Source: Callorhinchus milii
Lineage: Eukaryota
DNA: 64,000 nt
Assembly: GCF_018977255.1 (NCBI RefSeq)
Contig: NW_024704742.1
Coordinates: 113,958,001 to 114,022,000, forward strand
Direction of reading: 5' to 3'
The notes below the pieces were generated by a model. That model saw only the letters and a list, made by a program, of their open reading frames with translations. It did not search any database and had not been told where the DNA came from. A program made the translations under genes and the position numbers. Shown here one piece after another: positions 51,520 through 63,640 of this stretch. The first letter of the stretch is position 1, and each line of letters starts with the position of its first letter.

Positions 51520-51858
51520 TCAGACATTCTGTCCCCACACTTTGGAACTCCATCCTGGAGTTCCTGCGCTCCAAACCCCTCCCTACCTTTAAAACCTGCC
51601 TTTAGAGCTATCTCTCACATTTTTGTCATCTTTCCCAACTCAGATATCCAATCATAGAAACATAGAAACAGGAGTAGGCACTTCATCGCTTCGAGCCTGT
51701 TCCACCATTCTATAAGATCATGGCTGATCTCTATCTCAAGTCCAGTTACACACCCTTGCCCCATATCCTTTAATACCCTGACCTAATCATCAGTGTGATG
51801 GGCATGAGACATTCCCCCTGATGTGAAAGGTGGTATTTAAATGTAAATTGTTGTTGTA
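51520..51858 (+). mobile_element. Old L2 3' end with a CR1 3' end (minus, ~51656-51784) inserted
   Basis: tttggaactcc...; catagaaacatagaaacaggagtaggc CR1 tail; aatcat at both junctions; L2 tail gtgaaaggtggtatttaaatgtaaattgttgttg. Confidence 0.75.
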
Positions 51859-51889
51859 GTTATTCTTACATTGATTTATAGGTCTAAAG

Positions 51890-52170
51890 TGTATAAACAA
51901 AAAGTGAGAGACTTGGCTGCACCATTTTTAGGTGATTTAGCAAGCTAATTTTAAAAGTACCATTTGCAGTTTCATTTCAATTACTCCTAATTGAAAATAG
52001 TCTCTTCAAGAGTATAAATTAAATTCGGACCAAAGTGTTGCAGTGTCTGAGGTTCTGTCCTTGTGAAGATAAAGGCCACTAATCCAAAAATATCTTAAGA
52101 CTGAAGACAGCTGAGCATTGAGTGCCAGGCAGGTCAAAGTGATCACAATGCTCCCAGAGATCCAGGTTGC
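51890..52170 (+). repeat. Unclassified ~300 bp element, copy 2
   Basis: Alignable with 34651-34957. Confidence 0.8.
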
Positions 52171-52529
52171 ATCGACCTTAGGTAAAAGATCTTATGTTTT
52201 CAGTCAGCTCAGAAAAGGTCTTTAATAGGTGGTAGATCTTCTTCAAGTAGTCTGGGATAGCATTACCTGAACATGAGTTTCTCTAATGGACACTACCAAG
52301 CTTTAAGCCTTGTTCCAGTGTAGAGAACAAAACTACAATTTTACTTTCCACTATGTTCACTCTTGTTCTCCATGGAAGCTGATGAGTATTAATGACCATT
52401 GTTACTGATTGCTCTCCATTCATCTATTCTCCACTATGAGGCCTCTTTCTCCATTTTCCATTGTGTGAACTCCTGGAAACCAGAAGTACATTACACTGAT
52501 TCATGGGAACTAAATCTCCAAAAGTAGAT

Positions 52530-53022
52530 AAATAATAATAATGCTCACATTTGATATAATACCTTTCATGTCAGGAACCAATAGAACCATAGAAACTTAC
52601 AACACAGAGAAGGCCATTCTACCTATCATGTCTGTGTTGGCTCTTTTAAGAGCAATCTTTTCAGCTCAATTTACCTATGCGTTCCCCATACCCTTGTATT
52701 ATTTTAAAGTATTTATCTAATTTTCTTTTGAATCGAGTACTGATTCTGCCTCAACCAATGCTCCCAGCAGGGTATTGCATATCCTAAGCACTCTGAGTGC
52801 GGAAAGAATTCTCCAAACCTCCCCATTTTCTTATTTGCTAACTATTACAAGTGCTCTAGGACACAACCCTACACGAGGGATGCTATATAAATGCAGTTTG
52901 TTGCTGTTGTTGTTATCTTACATTGATGCCCTCCAGTTATTGACTCACTGACTAGTGGAGGCTGTCTCAAGCACTTCACAGGATTTAGTTTAATGTGCTG
53001 TGACTATATATCTGTAGGCAAA
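52530..53022 (-). mobile_element. SINE tail containing a CR1 3' end (~52577-52960) that contains an L2 tail (plus, ~52848-52913)
   Basis: SINE tail split at ...catgtcagga | ...gtctcaagcacttcacagg; CR1 tail aatagaaccatagaaac; L2 tail gctatataaatgcagtttgttgctgttgttg. Confidence 0.65.
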
Positions 53023-53224
53023 CTGTCAGAGGTAGTTGCCTCGAGTCTGTGTGATTTTCTTCTGCAATCCTGAATTAAGACATCCTATTGGAAATCACTG
53101 AGCTTTTGACCTCTATTGAACAACATGCCTTGATTTCATTGGAGATAAAACCTGTGTCTTAATTAACACAACGAACAATGTAGGAATCTCACAACTTTGC
53201 TCCTTTATAAGACTAGCGTAAAGT

Positions 53225-53545
53225 CTCCTTCATTTACCAGTGACATGAACCACTGCTCCCGGTCTCTGATCTATGCAGCCGCCCTCCATGCTGCTGGCAA
53301 CCTGGTGTAAAAAAAACACAGGAAACCAACTATAAAATGGTATAAACTAGTGTAAACATTGGCAGAGGAAACCCAAACTTTACACATCTTATATGAAGTT
53401 AGAACCAACATTCCCATGGGCTAGATCAGGAAACTGACTTTATCGTAGTTTTCTGGTGTTTGTTTTATACCAGGCTGCCTGAGGCCGGAGTGGAGGTGAA
53501 GGCATGTGGATCAGAGCAGCTGAGTGAACAGGTAAGTGAGGATGT
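53225..53545. mobile_element. Palindromic MITE-like element
   Basis: Left arm ctctgatc...ggcaacctggtgtaaaaaaaacacaggaaac...ataaa matches the reverse complement of the right arm tttat...gttttctggtgtttgttttataccaggctgcc...gatcagag. Confidence 0.7.
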
Positions 53546-53814
53546 GGGTTCTCAGAGGAAGGAATCCTCCTGGTCAGGGCATCTGGCCTAGGTTAGTAAA
53601 TGAATGTCTTCCTTTCTGAAGGCCATTCCGAAGGCCAAGAGCCAAATCCATGAAATGATGAGAAAATCAGCTGCTTTATTAAGTTACCAGCCTGATCCAG
53701 CACAATATAAGGGGTGTTGGGCTGGGCTGCAGAGAGGAAGTGGACGATACTCATTTAGAAAGCAATTGATGGGAGGACGGTCGGATGGGTTTTCCAGAGG
53801 GTTGAGATCAGATG

Positions 53815-54342
53815 GGCAATAGTGGACTTCCTCCACTATTCACAAAATTAAACTCATTCAAAACTCTGCCGCCCACATCTCACACTGAACTCCGTACCCC
53901 GATTACCCCAGTCCTTGCCAAACTCCACTGGCTACCTGTCACAGAGCGGATCGACTTCAAGATCCTCACTCTAGTGTTTAAATCCCTCCATGGCTTGGAA
54001 CCCCCTATCTCTCTAAACTCCTCTCTCCTCACAGCACTACCTGCTGCCTCAGCTCTACTGGCTCCGGCCTCCTCATTGTCCCTCGAATCCTCTGCTCCAC
54101 CATTGGCTGCCATTCCTTCAGCCACTATGCACTAAAGCTATGGAGCTCCTTCCCTCAATTCCTTCGCCTTGCCCCCTCTTTTCCTATTTTCAGGTTGCGC
54201 CTGTAGACCTTCCTCTTCAACCGTACCTATGGTCACCTTCCCCCTCCCCCTGGCTCGGCATCGGGCTCCATGATTGTTCAGTGCTCTGGGACGCCATCCA
54301 GCATGGAGGGCACTATATAAATGCAAGTTGTTGTTATTGTTG
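53815..54342 (+). mobile_element. L2 3' end
   Basis: TPITPVLAKLHWLPVTERIDFKILTLVFKSLHGL; cactatataaatgcaagttgttg. Confidence 0.9.
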
Positions 54343-55277
54343 AAGGGCTCCCTTCATTCCAACCAATCTGTAATCTTTGTAATCAATAATTATTGTGTGA
54401 TGTTGGTATGTAACAGATAGATAAAAAGATGAGGAACATTTTGGGTTCAGTTCCTTAAGTTTTGTTATGTAATAAAAGTTGCTGGAATATTCCAGTTATG
54501 AAACATGGAGCAGTTCTCCTTGCTCAAGATGGGTCCTGTTACAAAGACTTTATGCCAAGTCTAATGAAGCCACAAACCTGTTGTATTCATTATCAGTATT
54601 CTTTACGCTAATTAAGACAAGGGACACTTTTAAAATTAAAAAACATTTTATCTCCATTGACTCTAATCCCAAAACATAATGAATCTGATCCAAATTCTCA
54701 AAGTTCATCTCTAACATTTCAGCATTACTAGTAGTGAACTTATATTGTTGGAAACAAGACCCTTTCACTTACGGTAGTAGAACAATGTGAATTTCCAAGC
54801 CTAACATATCATTGGCAATCTCCACTTCCTCCAATCAGGATCAACAATCTAAATCACACAATGTATTAGTGTTTATTTTTAATGTTATTTATTGTCTCAA
54901 TAATTATATCTTCAATTAGACTTAAAAAATAATTTTCCATCTCTTGATAGATGCCAGTAGAAAATGTACTGAGGAAAAGGGAATTTAAAAAGAAATATTG
55001 TTTTCAAAATATGAGTCAAGTGAATCAACTCCTCAGACCAAACTGCATGTCATGGAATATTCTGAGCAAAACCTGAAAACTACATTGAAAATAATTATTC
55101 TTTTAACTATTCTTTTTCATAATTTGTTTGTGGCAGAATTTCAAAAGTTTGAACCATCATGTATTTTAAAAGAATCCATCTCATTTTACATTGCAACAGC
55201 TCTGGTTAATGCATTAAATTTCAGGATATGAGCACAGCTAAGTCTCTTCACACCTTTGTTCATTGTTAGTAGGCCTA

Positions 55278-55766
55278 CAACAACAACAACAACAACAAGA
55301 TTCCATTTATTGAGCGCCTTTCACGTCGGGAGGATGTCCCAAGGCGCTGTACAGTTGGGTCAGGACCCGAGCATTGGGGGGGGAAATGGTCAGGGTGAGG
55401 GGAGGGAAGGGAGGGAGCGAGGAGGGGGTAGAGAGTCGAGAGGGGAGCTGAAGGCACGGTCAAACAGAAAGGTCTTGAGACCGGCCTTGAAGGAGGAAAG
55501 GGAGGAGGCGGCGAAGGCACTGGGGGATAGAGTTCCAGAGCCTAGGGGCTGAGAGGCTGAAGGCTCGGCCACCGATGGTAGGGCGGTTGGGGCAGGGGAT
55601 GTGGAGCAGACCGGAGCCAGAGGAACGGAGGGTACGGGCGGGTAGGTAGGGGGATAGTAGGTCGGAGAGGTAGGAGGGAGCAATGCCGTGAATGGCCTTG
55701 TAGGTGAGGGTGAGGATCTTGAATTCGATCCTCTGGGGGTTGGGGAGCCAGTGGAGGCGAGCGAGG
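55278..55766 (-). mobile_element. Young L2 3' end (single-unit form)
   Basis: (AAC)n tail; FKAGLKTFLFDRAF; same subfamily as the 13.3 and 49.5 kb copies. Confidence 0.92.
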
Positions 55767-57414
55767 AAAAAAGATAGGACTTTGAGGATAGGATTAGCAT
55801 TGGTATCTTTTAATTTCTTATTACTTTCCTTTACATATTGTTTATTGATTTTCCACCCTTTCTCATGGATGTAACAAGCTTATATTCTATCATAAATCTA
55901 CCATGTGACAATTGGGACAAGGAAAATCCACTGTATTGTGCTTCACGACTGCCTTTTCCTCAGCCTCATATCTCCTACAACAATTTGCATTTATATAGTG
56001 CCCTTCACGTGGGGTAGTGTCCTGGAGCGCTTCAATACTACAGTGTATAAGAAACTTAAAGCACTCATCTCCTATTGTTCAAAACTCGATCTGCTATCAG
56101 CAGTCGTTGCTGAGGTTGTTGTAAAACATTAAGATAGTGCTGCAATGGAAAAGTACTAATGGAAATGTCTGCCTACACACAACAGAATATATGAACTGCA
56201 TACAGTATGTGCATATACATTAAGGGTAAGTAATCATTATTCCAAACTGAACATAATCTTTTTAATACTTCTTTATAATAGAAGTATTTCTATTATAAAG
56301 AGACAACTGTACCAAGCAGGCGGCTATTTTCAGCGATCAATTTCAGCCTTGTTTCAGTTGCAGATGATGGTTCTGTGTGTCAAGAAATCAGATTGTTTTC
56401 CAACAACTTTTCATAGGTGTTCAGTATGATAATTATCAGGGAAATCGGAGGTCAAGGACCATGGAGACACAGATTTCAATCTTCCTCCCCAGATGGCTGA
56501 TAAACTTCATAAAATTAATTAATAATATATTAAGTTAGGATATGGAATGCCCTGCTGGAGTGGTGCCCTGGAAATTGATGCAGAAAATGATTGAGGTTTC
56601 TGTACATTTGTAAACATGGGCAGAGATAGTCCTCTTAAACACAAAGTAAGAATTGGTTAACCCTGAGCTGATGAAAGTGGCTTAAAATTGACAAGTACAT
56701 GTGGAAAAGGGGACACTGCACTCAAAAGAGGTAAGTAAAGGATCAGTGGGTTGGGAAGAGTTTTCAGCCAAGTGGATACAGCACCAGCTCTGTGCTCCTT
56801 GGCTCAAGGAGTTTGAAATCAGCTGTGGTGAGAATGATATGTGACAACTTTCAGATTGTGCAGCACCTCAAAACAAAATCTTTACACATGACCAAGCTGT
56901 ATCATCTTTCTTAAAGGAAGGGATACAAATCAGTGCTAACAACCAGCATGTGTTCCAGAAGATTTGCTGGGGGTTAGGGCAACTTGTATCATTCACACAG
57001 CCTGTTGAATAAGGTGACGCGGTCTGAAAGCATATGGGCACTCCCAAACCGTGCAAGCCAGTAACATCAAAAAGCAAGCCTTTGCAGATCCGCTCACGGT
57101 TTAGACTCGCTAGCCTGCCATGGCCACTTCCCTTATGCATGATTGATACAGCTTAGTGGCTTGTTTAGCCGGCTAAATGCCCTGATTATGAGGCCTTTGC
57201 TTCTCATCTTCCAATTTGCTTATCAGCCAGCTCTCACTTGCTGTACACTGCATTCAGTATTCTGTAAATGGAATTGGCTACATTGTACAATGACATGTAA
57301 AGCAAACGGGTCTTTACTCTTGCACCAGTTGACTAGCAGAATTTCATCCCCCTAGCTCATTGCTCTTGCATAAGGACAATATTGGAGAGACTCAGCTACT
57401 GCAGGGTGGAACTA

Positions 57415-57647
57415 AACCTTAGGCAAGGTTCCTTACTCCACACCTGATAATAATCCCTCCAAAACAAAACAATAATAAATTGGTCATTTTCAATCCACGA
57501 CTATTTGTGGGACACTGCTGTGCGCGGTTGCCGAGTTTCGCCTACAAATATACGGTCAATTCACTTTACAGTCTATTCCGTGAAGCGCTTTGAGACGTTG
57601 AGAAGACGTGAAAAGCACTATATCAAATGCAAGGATTATTATTATTA
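57415..57647 (+). mobile_element. SINE lacking its tRNA head
   Basis: aaccttaggcaaggttccttactccacacc...core...(TTA)n. Confidence 0.9.
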
Positions 57648-57737
57648 CTGGTGTTGGTCCATTGAGCAACCTAATTCAATAGCAAATCCCGCTTATACTG
57701 TAACACAAATATTTTCAGTCCTCAATCCTCACATTAC

Positions 57738-58152
57738 ATATAAGAACATGAGAAATGCTAGAAGAAAAAAAACAAGGTCCATTTAGTTTGCCTTCCAACT
57801 TCCTGGCGGTCGCATGTACATATGTCCAAACTGCCTATGTATTATATCCCATAATGTTATTTCCTAAAAGAAAACTATCTAATCTGTGTTTGAAAAAATC
57901 AACATTTCCTGCTTCAACCGTCTCTCTAGGGAACCTGTTCCCCAGGTTCACTATTCGCTCACTGAAATAGTCCTTGCATAGATTCGTTCTGAATTTACCC
58001 CCTTAAATCGCAGGCCGTGTTCTCCGGTTTTACCATTCTGGACAAGTTGAAACAGCCTATCATGATTGATATTGTCTAGCCTCTTTAGAATCATATCATC
58101 GCTCTGAGATGCTACACCGTGAAGATGCTATATAAATGCAAGTTGTTGTTGT
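57738..58152 (-). mobile_element. CR1 3' end (57738-58095) followed by a short L2 tail on the plus strand
   Basis: ataagaacatgagaaatgc tail; gggaacctgttcccaggttcact; gctatataaatgcaagttgttgttg. Confidence 0.7.
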
Positions 58153-58786
58153 CTCAATGAATATTAAAACTAATGTAAAATAATGAGATGAATAATGTGA
58201 CACATGATATGAATATCACATTATGATGATTATGATTATGATTATTATCTCCATCACTGACTAAGCACAATGAAGTGTTTTCCAAGACACTTTTAAGGGT
58301 GATGGCATTCTTTGAAAAGCCACATATAATAAAGAAAACCACAGCTCTAAAACATGCATGTTATAGTAAGTACTGAGTAGTACATGGTTTTGTTTTGCTT
58401 ATGAAATTTGATATGCAGTACACATGTAACAGCATTAGAGGTAGCATGAAGCACAGCTCCTCTGATGCATTGGCCTGTTTCCCTATTGGAAAAAGACAAC
58501 TGTAATCGACATTGTGTTGCCCAGATTTTTCCAATATCCGCTGTGCTTTAGAGCCTCTCCCGAGTGAGCAATTCTGCCCATTCGCTTGGAAATGAACGTT
58601 TGCTGAATCAGCATATGGCCACAAGTTGGTTCAGAGCCGGTGAGAAATAATTTTTTATAGTGCACAGGGAGAGGCCCAATGATCACTATAAAAAGAAAGC
58701 CTGAAACTGCAATTGTACCGATCATTAAAATGATTCAGTTAATTTCAAGGCATGCAGACTCAATTGACCCTGTTAGCAGTATTTAG

Positions 58787-59006
58787 CAACAACAACATCA
58801 ACAGCAAAATTACATTTGTATAGCGCCTTTCATGTTGGGAGGACATCCCAAGGTGCTGGACAATTAGTGTTTTGGTCCTGAGCTGGGGGTCGAGGTCAGG
58901 GAGGGTGGAGGGCAGGGGTGGAAGTAGGGTGACCAAAGGCACGGTCAAAGAGAAGGGTCTTGAGATGGGTCTTGAAGGAAGCAAGGGAGGGGGCGAGGCA
59001 GAGGCA
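58787..59006 (-). mobile_element. L2 3' end
   Basis: caacaacaac...ttacatttgtatagcgcctttcatgttgggaggacatccc. Confidence 0.85.
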
Positions 59007-60746
59007 CTGCAGGATGTCCCTGAACACTCACTAAACTAACTCAATCAAATATGGGCTGTAGTTCTATTCATGTCATAAAATCTTTGAAGCATTTTGAATG
59101 GCATTTAGCATTTATGATTTAAAATTTTAATGGCAATGGATTCCAAGAGAAGGAAGTTAGTTTTTCCCCCGTGTCCTGGCCAACATTCCCCCATATAAAA
59201 TTGGTCATTTACACCACGGCTGGCAAGCAAGAAAATAGATGACCCAGGGGCTTTAGTGCTTAATTTTACTGGCAATGTTTCAATATAGTTACAGGGATGT
59301 TATTTACAGGGTTATATGGGGTGAATTTCAGATTTAGACTAGACAGCATGCTTTTCAACCTTAGCCTCCTCATACTTCTAGTGTTTAGTTTTAAAATGAG
59401 TGAAACTGGAGACCCAGTGGTACAATGCGACCACACAAAGTCTCTTAGCTGATGCTGCTCCTTTCTGACGATCAAAACCAGTTTAAGCAAGCTTCCCGCT
59501 GCTACTAATCGATCTGTGGTGCTTGTCTTGTGGAGTTGTGGAAGCAAGTTGTCAGGCTGGTAAAGGGGAGCTGGCCTACCCTTTGCATGCTTGACCTGAA
59601 AGTGCTTGATCCTATTACTGGGCTCAAAGGGGAGAAATATTTTTTCCCCAAGTGCAGTCATTCATCATCTTAATGAGCATGTAAACTCCAAAATCTAAAC
59701 AGTCAACTCCACTTACATTTAGGACATAAACAAATTCCTTTTTCAACATAAGCAAATGTTTTCCATTTCCTAGTTCTTTTCTTATACCTGCCATTGTTAT
59801 TTATTTAGTTTTCAGCAATTTCCTTTTTTTTAAAAAATGAGATCGATCGAGATGATATGAGACCACCAGTCAGTGGAACATGTAACAAATGGCCAAGTTT
59901 TATTCTCCCATCCCTAGTTACCAGGTAATTGCTTATCACAGTAGATTTGTCAATATTTTTCATTTTGTGAAGAGTCGACTGTGAATTAATTTATACAGGA
60001 CTCAATACATGGGTTTAGTGGAGAACAACACCGACTTGCATTCATATAGCACCATTCTAGCAGGATAGCATCGCAGAGTGCTGTACAGAGGCAGGATTGG
60101 GAAGCAAATGAGAAGGGGAAGGGGGAGGTGACCATAGATGCAATCAAAGAGATACATAAAGTACATTAAAAAAAATGGCTTGAAGGGGTATGGGGATAGG
60201 GTGGGCAATGGCATTAAATGACAGTTTGCTGTCCTTCTCCAGGTTAAATTTTTATGACTATCATTCTAAGCACTGTATGTACATGGGTATCATACAACTT
60301 GGACAGACTACATTGAACTGAAATGTATGTATAATTAAGTGCTGAATGAAGAGGAAGCTGTGGAGTCTGATTTGTTGTATTTCTTCAGGCTCAAAGCTTT
60401 AGGCTAATAATTAGTAACTGCTATTTCTATTAATTAGTACCTCTATTTCATGCATCCAATCTGTTGTGAAATATCGCAAAATTCACCCCTGTAATGCATT
60501 CTGAGTTTCCGCTGAGTGGTTCTTGGCCTGTGGTCACTGTGACAGGATAAATGCTTCTTCTGAGAAAGTGACGTGAAGGTTCACAAAGAACAGATTTCCA
60601 ATGCTTTACCAGCATTATTATTGGAGTGACAGCCTTGCACCCAGGCCCCACATTTCACAGCAACCCTAAAGGGAAAACAGACTTCCAGGCGCTCGGATTT
60701 ATTTGGAGGTCAGATATACATTATATATGTTCTAACTCTATTCCAA

Positions 60747-61113
60747 GTGGAGTCCCGTAGCTTAGTGGTTAGAGCACTCGCCTGCAAGCGAGAAGGCCTG
60801 GGTTCGATTCCCAGGTGGGGCGAAACGTTAGGCAAGTTTTATTCCTCCACATGGCACTGTTTACCTCGCAGTAAATAGGATCCCAGTTGTTAGTCGATTG
60901 GTGGATCGCTTTTTCAGGGGTAATAATCCCTTAAAAAAAATGTGGTCACTCAATCCATGACTGTTTGTGGGACACTGCTGTGCGCAATTGGCTGTCACAT
61001 TTCGCCCACAAAATATACAGTCAATTCACTTGGTAGTGTATTCTGTAAAGCGCCTTATGAGGTCTCGAGGACATGATAAGGTGCTATATCAAATGTAAGG
61101 ATTATTATTATTA
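60747..61113 (+). mobile_element. Full-length long-variant tRNA SINE
   Basis: Head with B box ggttcgattcc; extra internal segment ctgtttacctcgcagtaaataggatcccagttgttagtcgattgg; core; (TTA)n. Confidence 0.92.
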
Positions 61114-62003
61114 TTCCAGAGAGTTTCCTGACTATGGGTTTTAATTTAGGAGCCCTGGTACTCTTAATTGTAACAAACTAGATGTTCTGCAACTCCATAA
61201 CAATCCCTGGAAGACATCTTCTGGTGGGATTCACAAAATGTAGCAGGCTCTAGCTTCATTTGTCCTCCTTACAACAATCTTACTCTTTTGTTCCCCACAA
61301 CATTCAGATCCCCCTGCAAGTTCAAAACAGAAAGAGAATTGGGTACTATGTGGACCAATTCACAAGAAGAAGGAAAATTACAAGGAAAATGTTTCTTCCA
61401 AGAAATACATCATTCTCCCCCCGCCAAAGAAACTTCATTTATTTCTCAATAAACCTAAGATCCATGTTATTTTAGATCTAACTTTTCCACACTTAGAAAG
61501 TGAACATAAAGCAGGCCAAAGGTTTGGGAGGCCAAACATAGTGTTTGGAACATACGTATGAAGTCATATTTCACAAGGACAGCATTTGGCAAAGCATAGC
61601 AGTGATTTCAACTTCCATTTTTGATACCTTTTAATATACGGGTGTGTAAGCAAAATGATCAATGTCTCCTAGCAATAACCCAGGAAAAATATAGTTTTTA
61701 TCAATGAAATTCAAAAAAACATGACATATTATTATCTGTAATTAACTATTTTTTGCTCACAGTGTTTTGAATGTAATGTTGTTTTCTTACCTCTCTATCA
61801 ATTGTGGTTTAACTTTCATTCATGTCTTGTATCTGGGCTGAGAAGACTATTGAATAGCAAATAGCCTGCCTTCCCACTGTATATGTAGGAAATATTTAAT
61901 TTTGCAATGCATCATGTACATCCAATCATATTGATATCTTCATAGTTAACATCATCACTACTTAAATGCTACTTAAAGTGGCTGCGTCTACTTAACGCTT
62001 CTT

Positions 62004-62120
62004 AAATTGGCCACCGCGTTTCGTCCACATTGCAGTCCATTCACTTTAAAGTATATTCTATGAGACGTCTCGAAGATGTGATAAGGCACTATATGAAATG
62101 TAAGGATTATTATTATTATT
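62004..62120 (+). mobile_element. SINE 3' fragment
   Basis: aattggccaccgcgtttcg...gtgataaggcactatatgaaatgtaaggattattatt. Confidence 0.8.
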
Positions 62121-63517
62121 CATTTTATTATTATTCATCTGCAAAGGTAAACCAGAACATGTTACAAGTTAATTAGGTGTATCCAGGGAAAAGATTAATG
62201 CCTCCCAGGAATAACTCAGGAAAAATATAGTTTTAGCAAGTATGAATGAAAGTGACCACTCAAGAGGCAAATATATTTGATGTGAGTATTTTAAGTGGAC
62301 AACGCTTTGCTATGATCTCATAAACACTACAGGCGCAACCATCGTGATGGAAATGTGGAGGGAATGGGTTGGTGACTTCTTATTTTACCCTCCTCAGTGA
62401 CCGCATTTATCAAGGTTGCGATAATCACAACTGGTGACAATTAAAACATCAAATGTTGCAACATTCACAAGGTTAAGTTTTTGGCAGCATAAACAGATCA
62501 AATTTCTCAGAACCTGGATTGATGTATATCACACGCTCATATGATTTGGTCAGTATTGCTATGAAAAGTTCATTAAAATGGCTTTATGCATGCTTATAAA
62601 ATAGCAGAGAATTTGGGGGTCATTGTGTCATCTGTAATATTTTTCTTTAAATGTCCTATAAAATGTTTCAAATGTTCCTTACCATAGAGGACTGAGCTAC
62701 AGGTATCTTGCCATAATACCTGTAGCACAGGTAATAATGATAATAATTTTAATGAATAATGAACAAGGATGTTTTTCAAGAGGAAGAATATAAACAGGGA
62801 AAAAGCAGGGAATTGAAATTAGAGTAATCACCTCCCATGGATGAGCTAGTATCACCTTAGGTTCAATGGGAATGGCCTCCTTAATTGCTGGTACTGCTGT
62901 GATTCGATGTATCTACAATGCATGAGCAAACACAGAACTGTTGAGGAATATGGATACAGATAAGGTCAAAGAAATCGGATTCTTTCTAACACCCCTTTTA
63001 GTAGATTAATTATTCATAGGGCAAGTAGTTCAACGTGTACTTGCCAACATAAACATTTAAATATGTAAAAAAAAATTGTCAACTATAAAGGAACCATAAA
63101 TACAATGCTTGAAATATATCGTAGAAATGACACAAATTTCAAAAGTTTGAAGTTATTGCATCTATTATTACTTTCACTATTGCGGTTAAACTATATCCCT
63201 GGGGACTCATAGTTCTTGGGTAAAGATGGGTGTCCTATGTCAATAAAGTCAAATTTGGGTTTTCCATGATTGATTAAAGTGAATGTCTGGGGACATTTGT
63301 TTTGGATAAACAGCTTTTCTTATAAACGTACTGGATTATCTAAAAACCTTGCACTCTGAATCCAAACTGAAGGAACTTGATAGCTTTCAGTAAATTCCCA
63401 CTGTTCTCTGCTCATTAAACTGAAGCAGCCTTTTGTTTGCTTTCCAAGCTGTCTTCAACCTTCCTGAGGGACTTAAGCTCTGCAAGAGAAATGTCTTTCC
63501 ATGATCAGCTCACTCAC

Positions 63518-63640
63518 TCCAGCATCTTTGTGGTAAAGAAGCAACAGCTGTGCTTTTGGAAGGTGAACAAACCCACTGCTATAGAAACATGGTAGCATTT
63601 GTACAGCTTGAATGTGGTCTGCGGGTGGACATATGGACAT
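63518..63640 (-). other. Candidate spliced exon (123 nt), product unknown
   Basis: Strong acceptor ctaagcatttctctcttgtctctccAG and donor GGA|GTGAGT; length is a multiple of 3 and two frames are open; no recognised homology. Confidence 0.3.

Noticed and set aside
56300..58750. Conserved enhancers in repeat-poor stretches (56.9-57.35 kb, 58.35-58.75 kb)
   Set aside because: Plausible, but conservation cannot be judged from one sequence
59266..59661. 131 aa ORF
   Set aside because: No recognisable domain or splice context; this length is expected by chance in 64 kb
60441..60665. Minus-strand coding exon (acceptor tctgttttccctttAG, donor gag|gtacta)
   Set aside because: Stops in all three frames and a weak donor; a non-coding exon cannot be excluded but is unsupported
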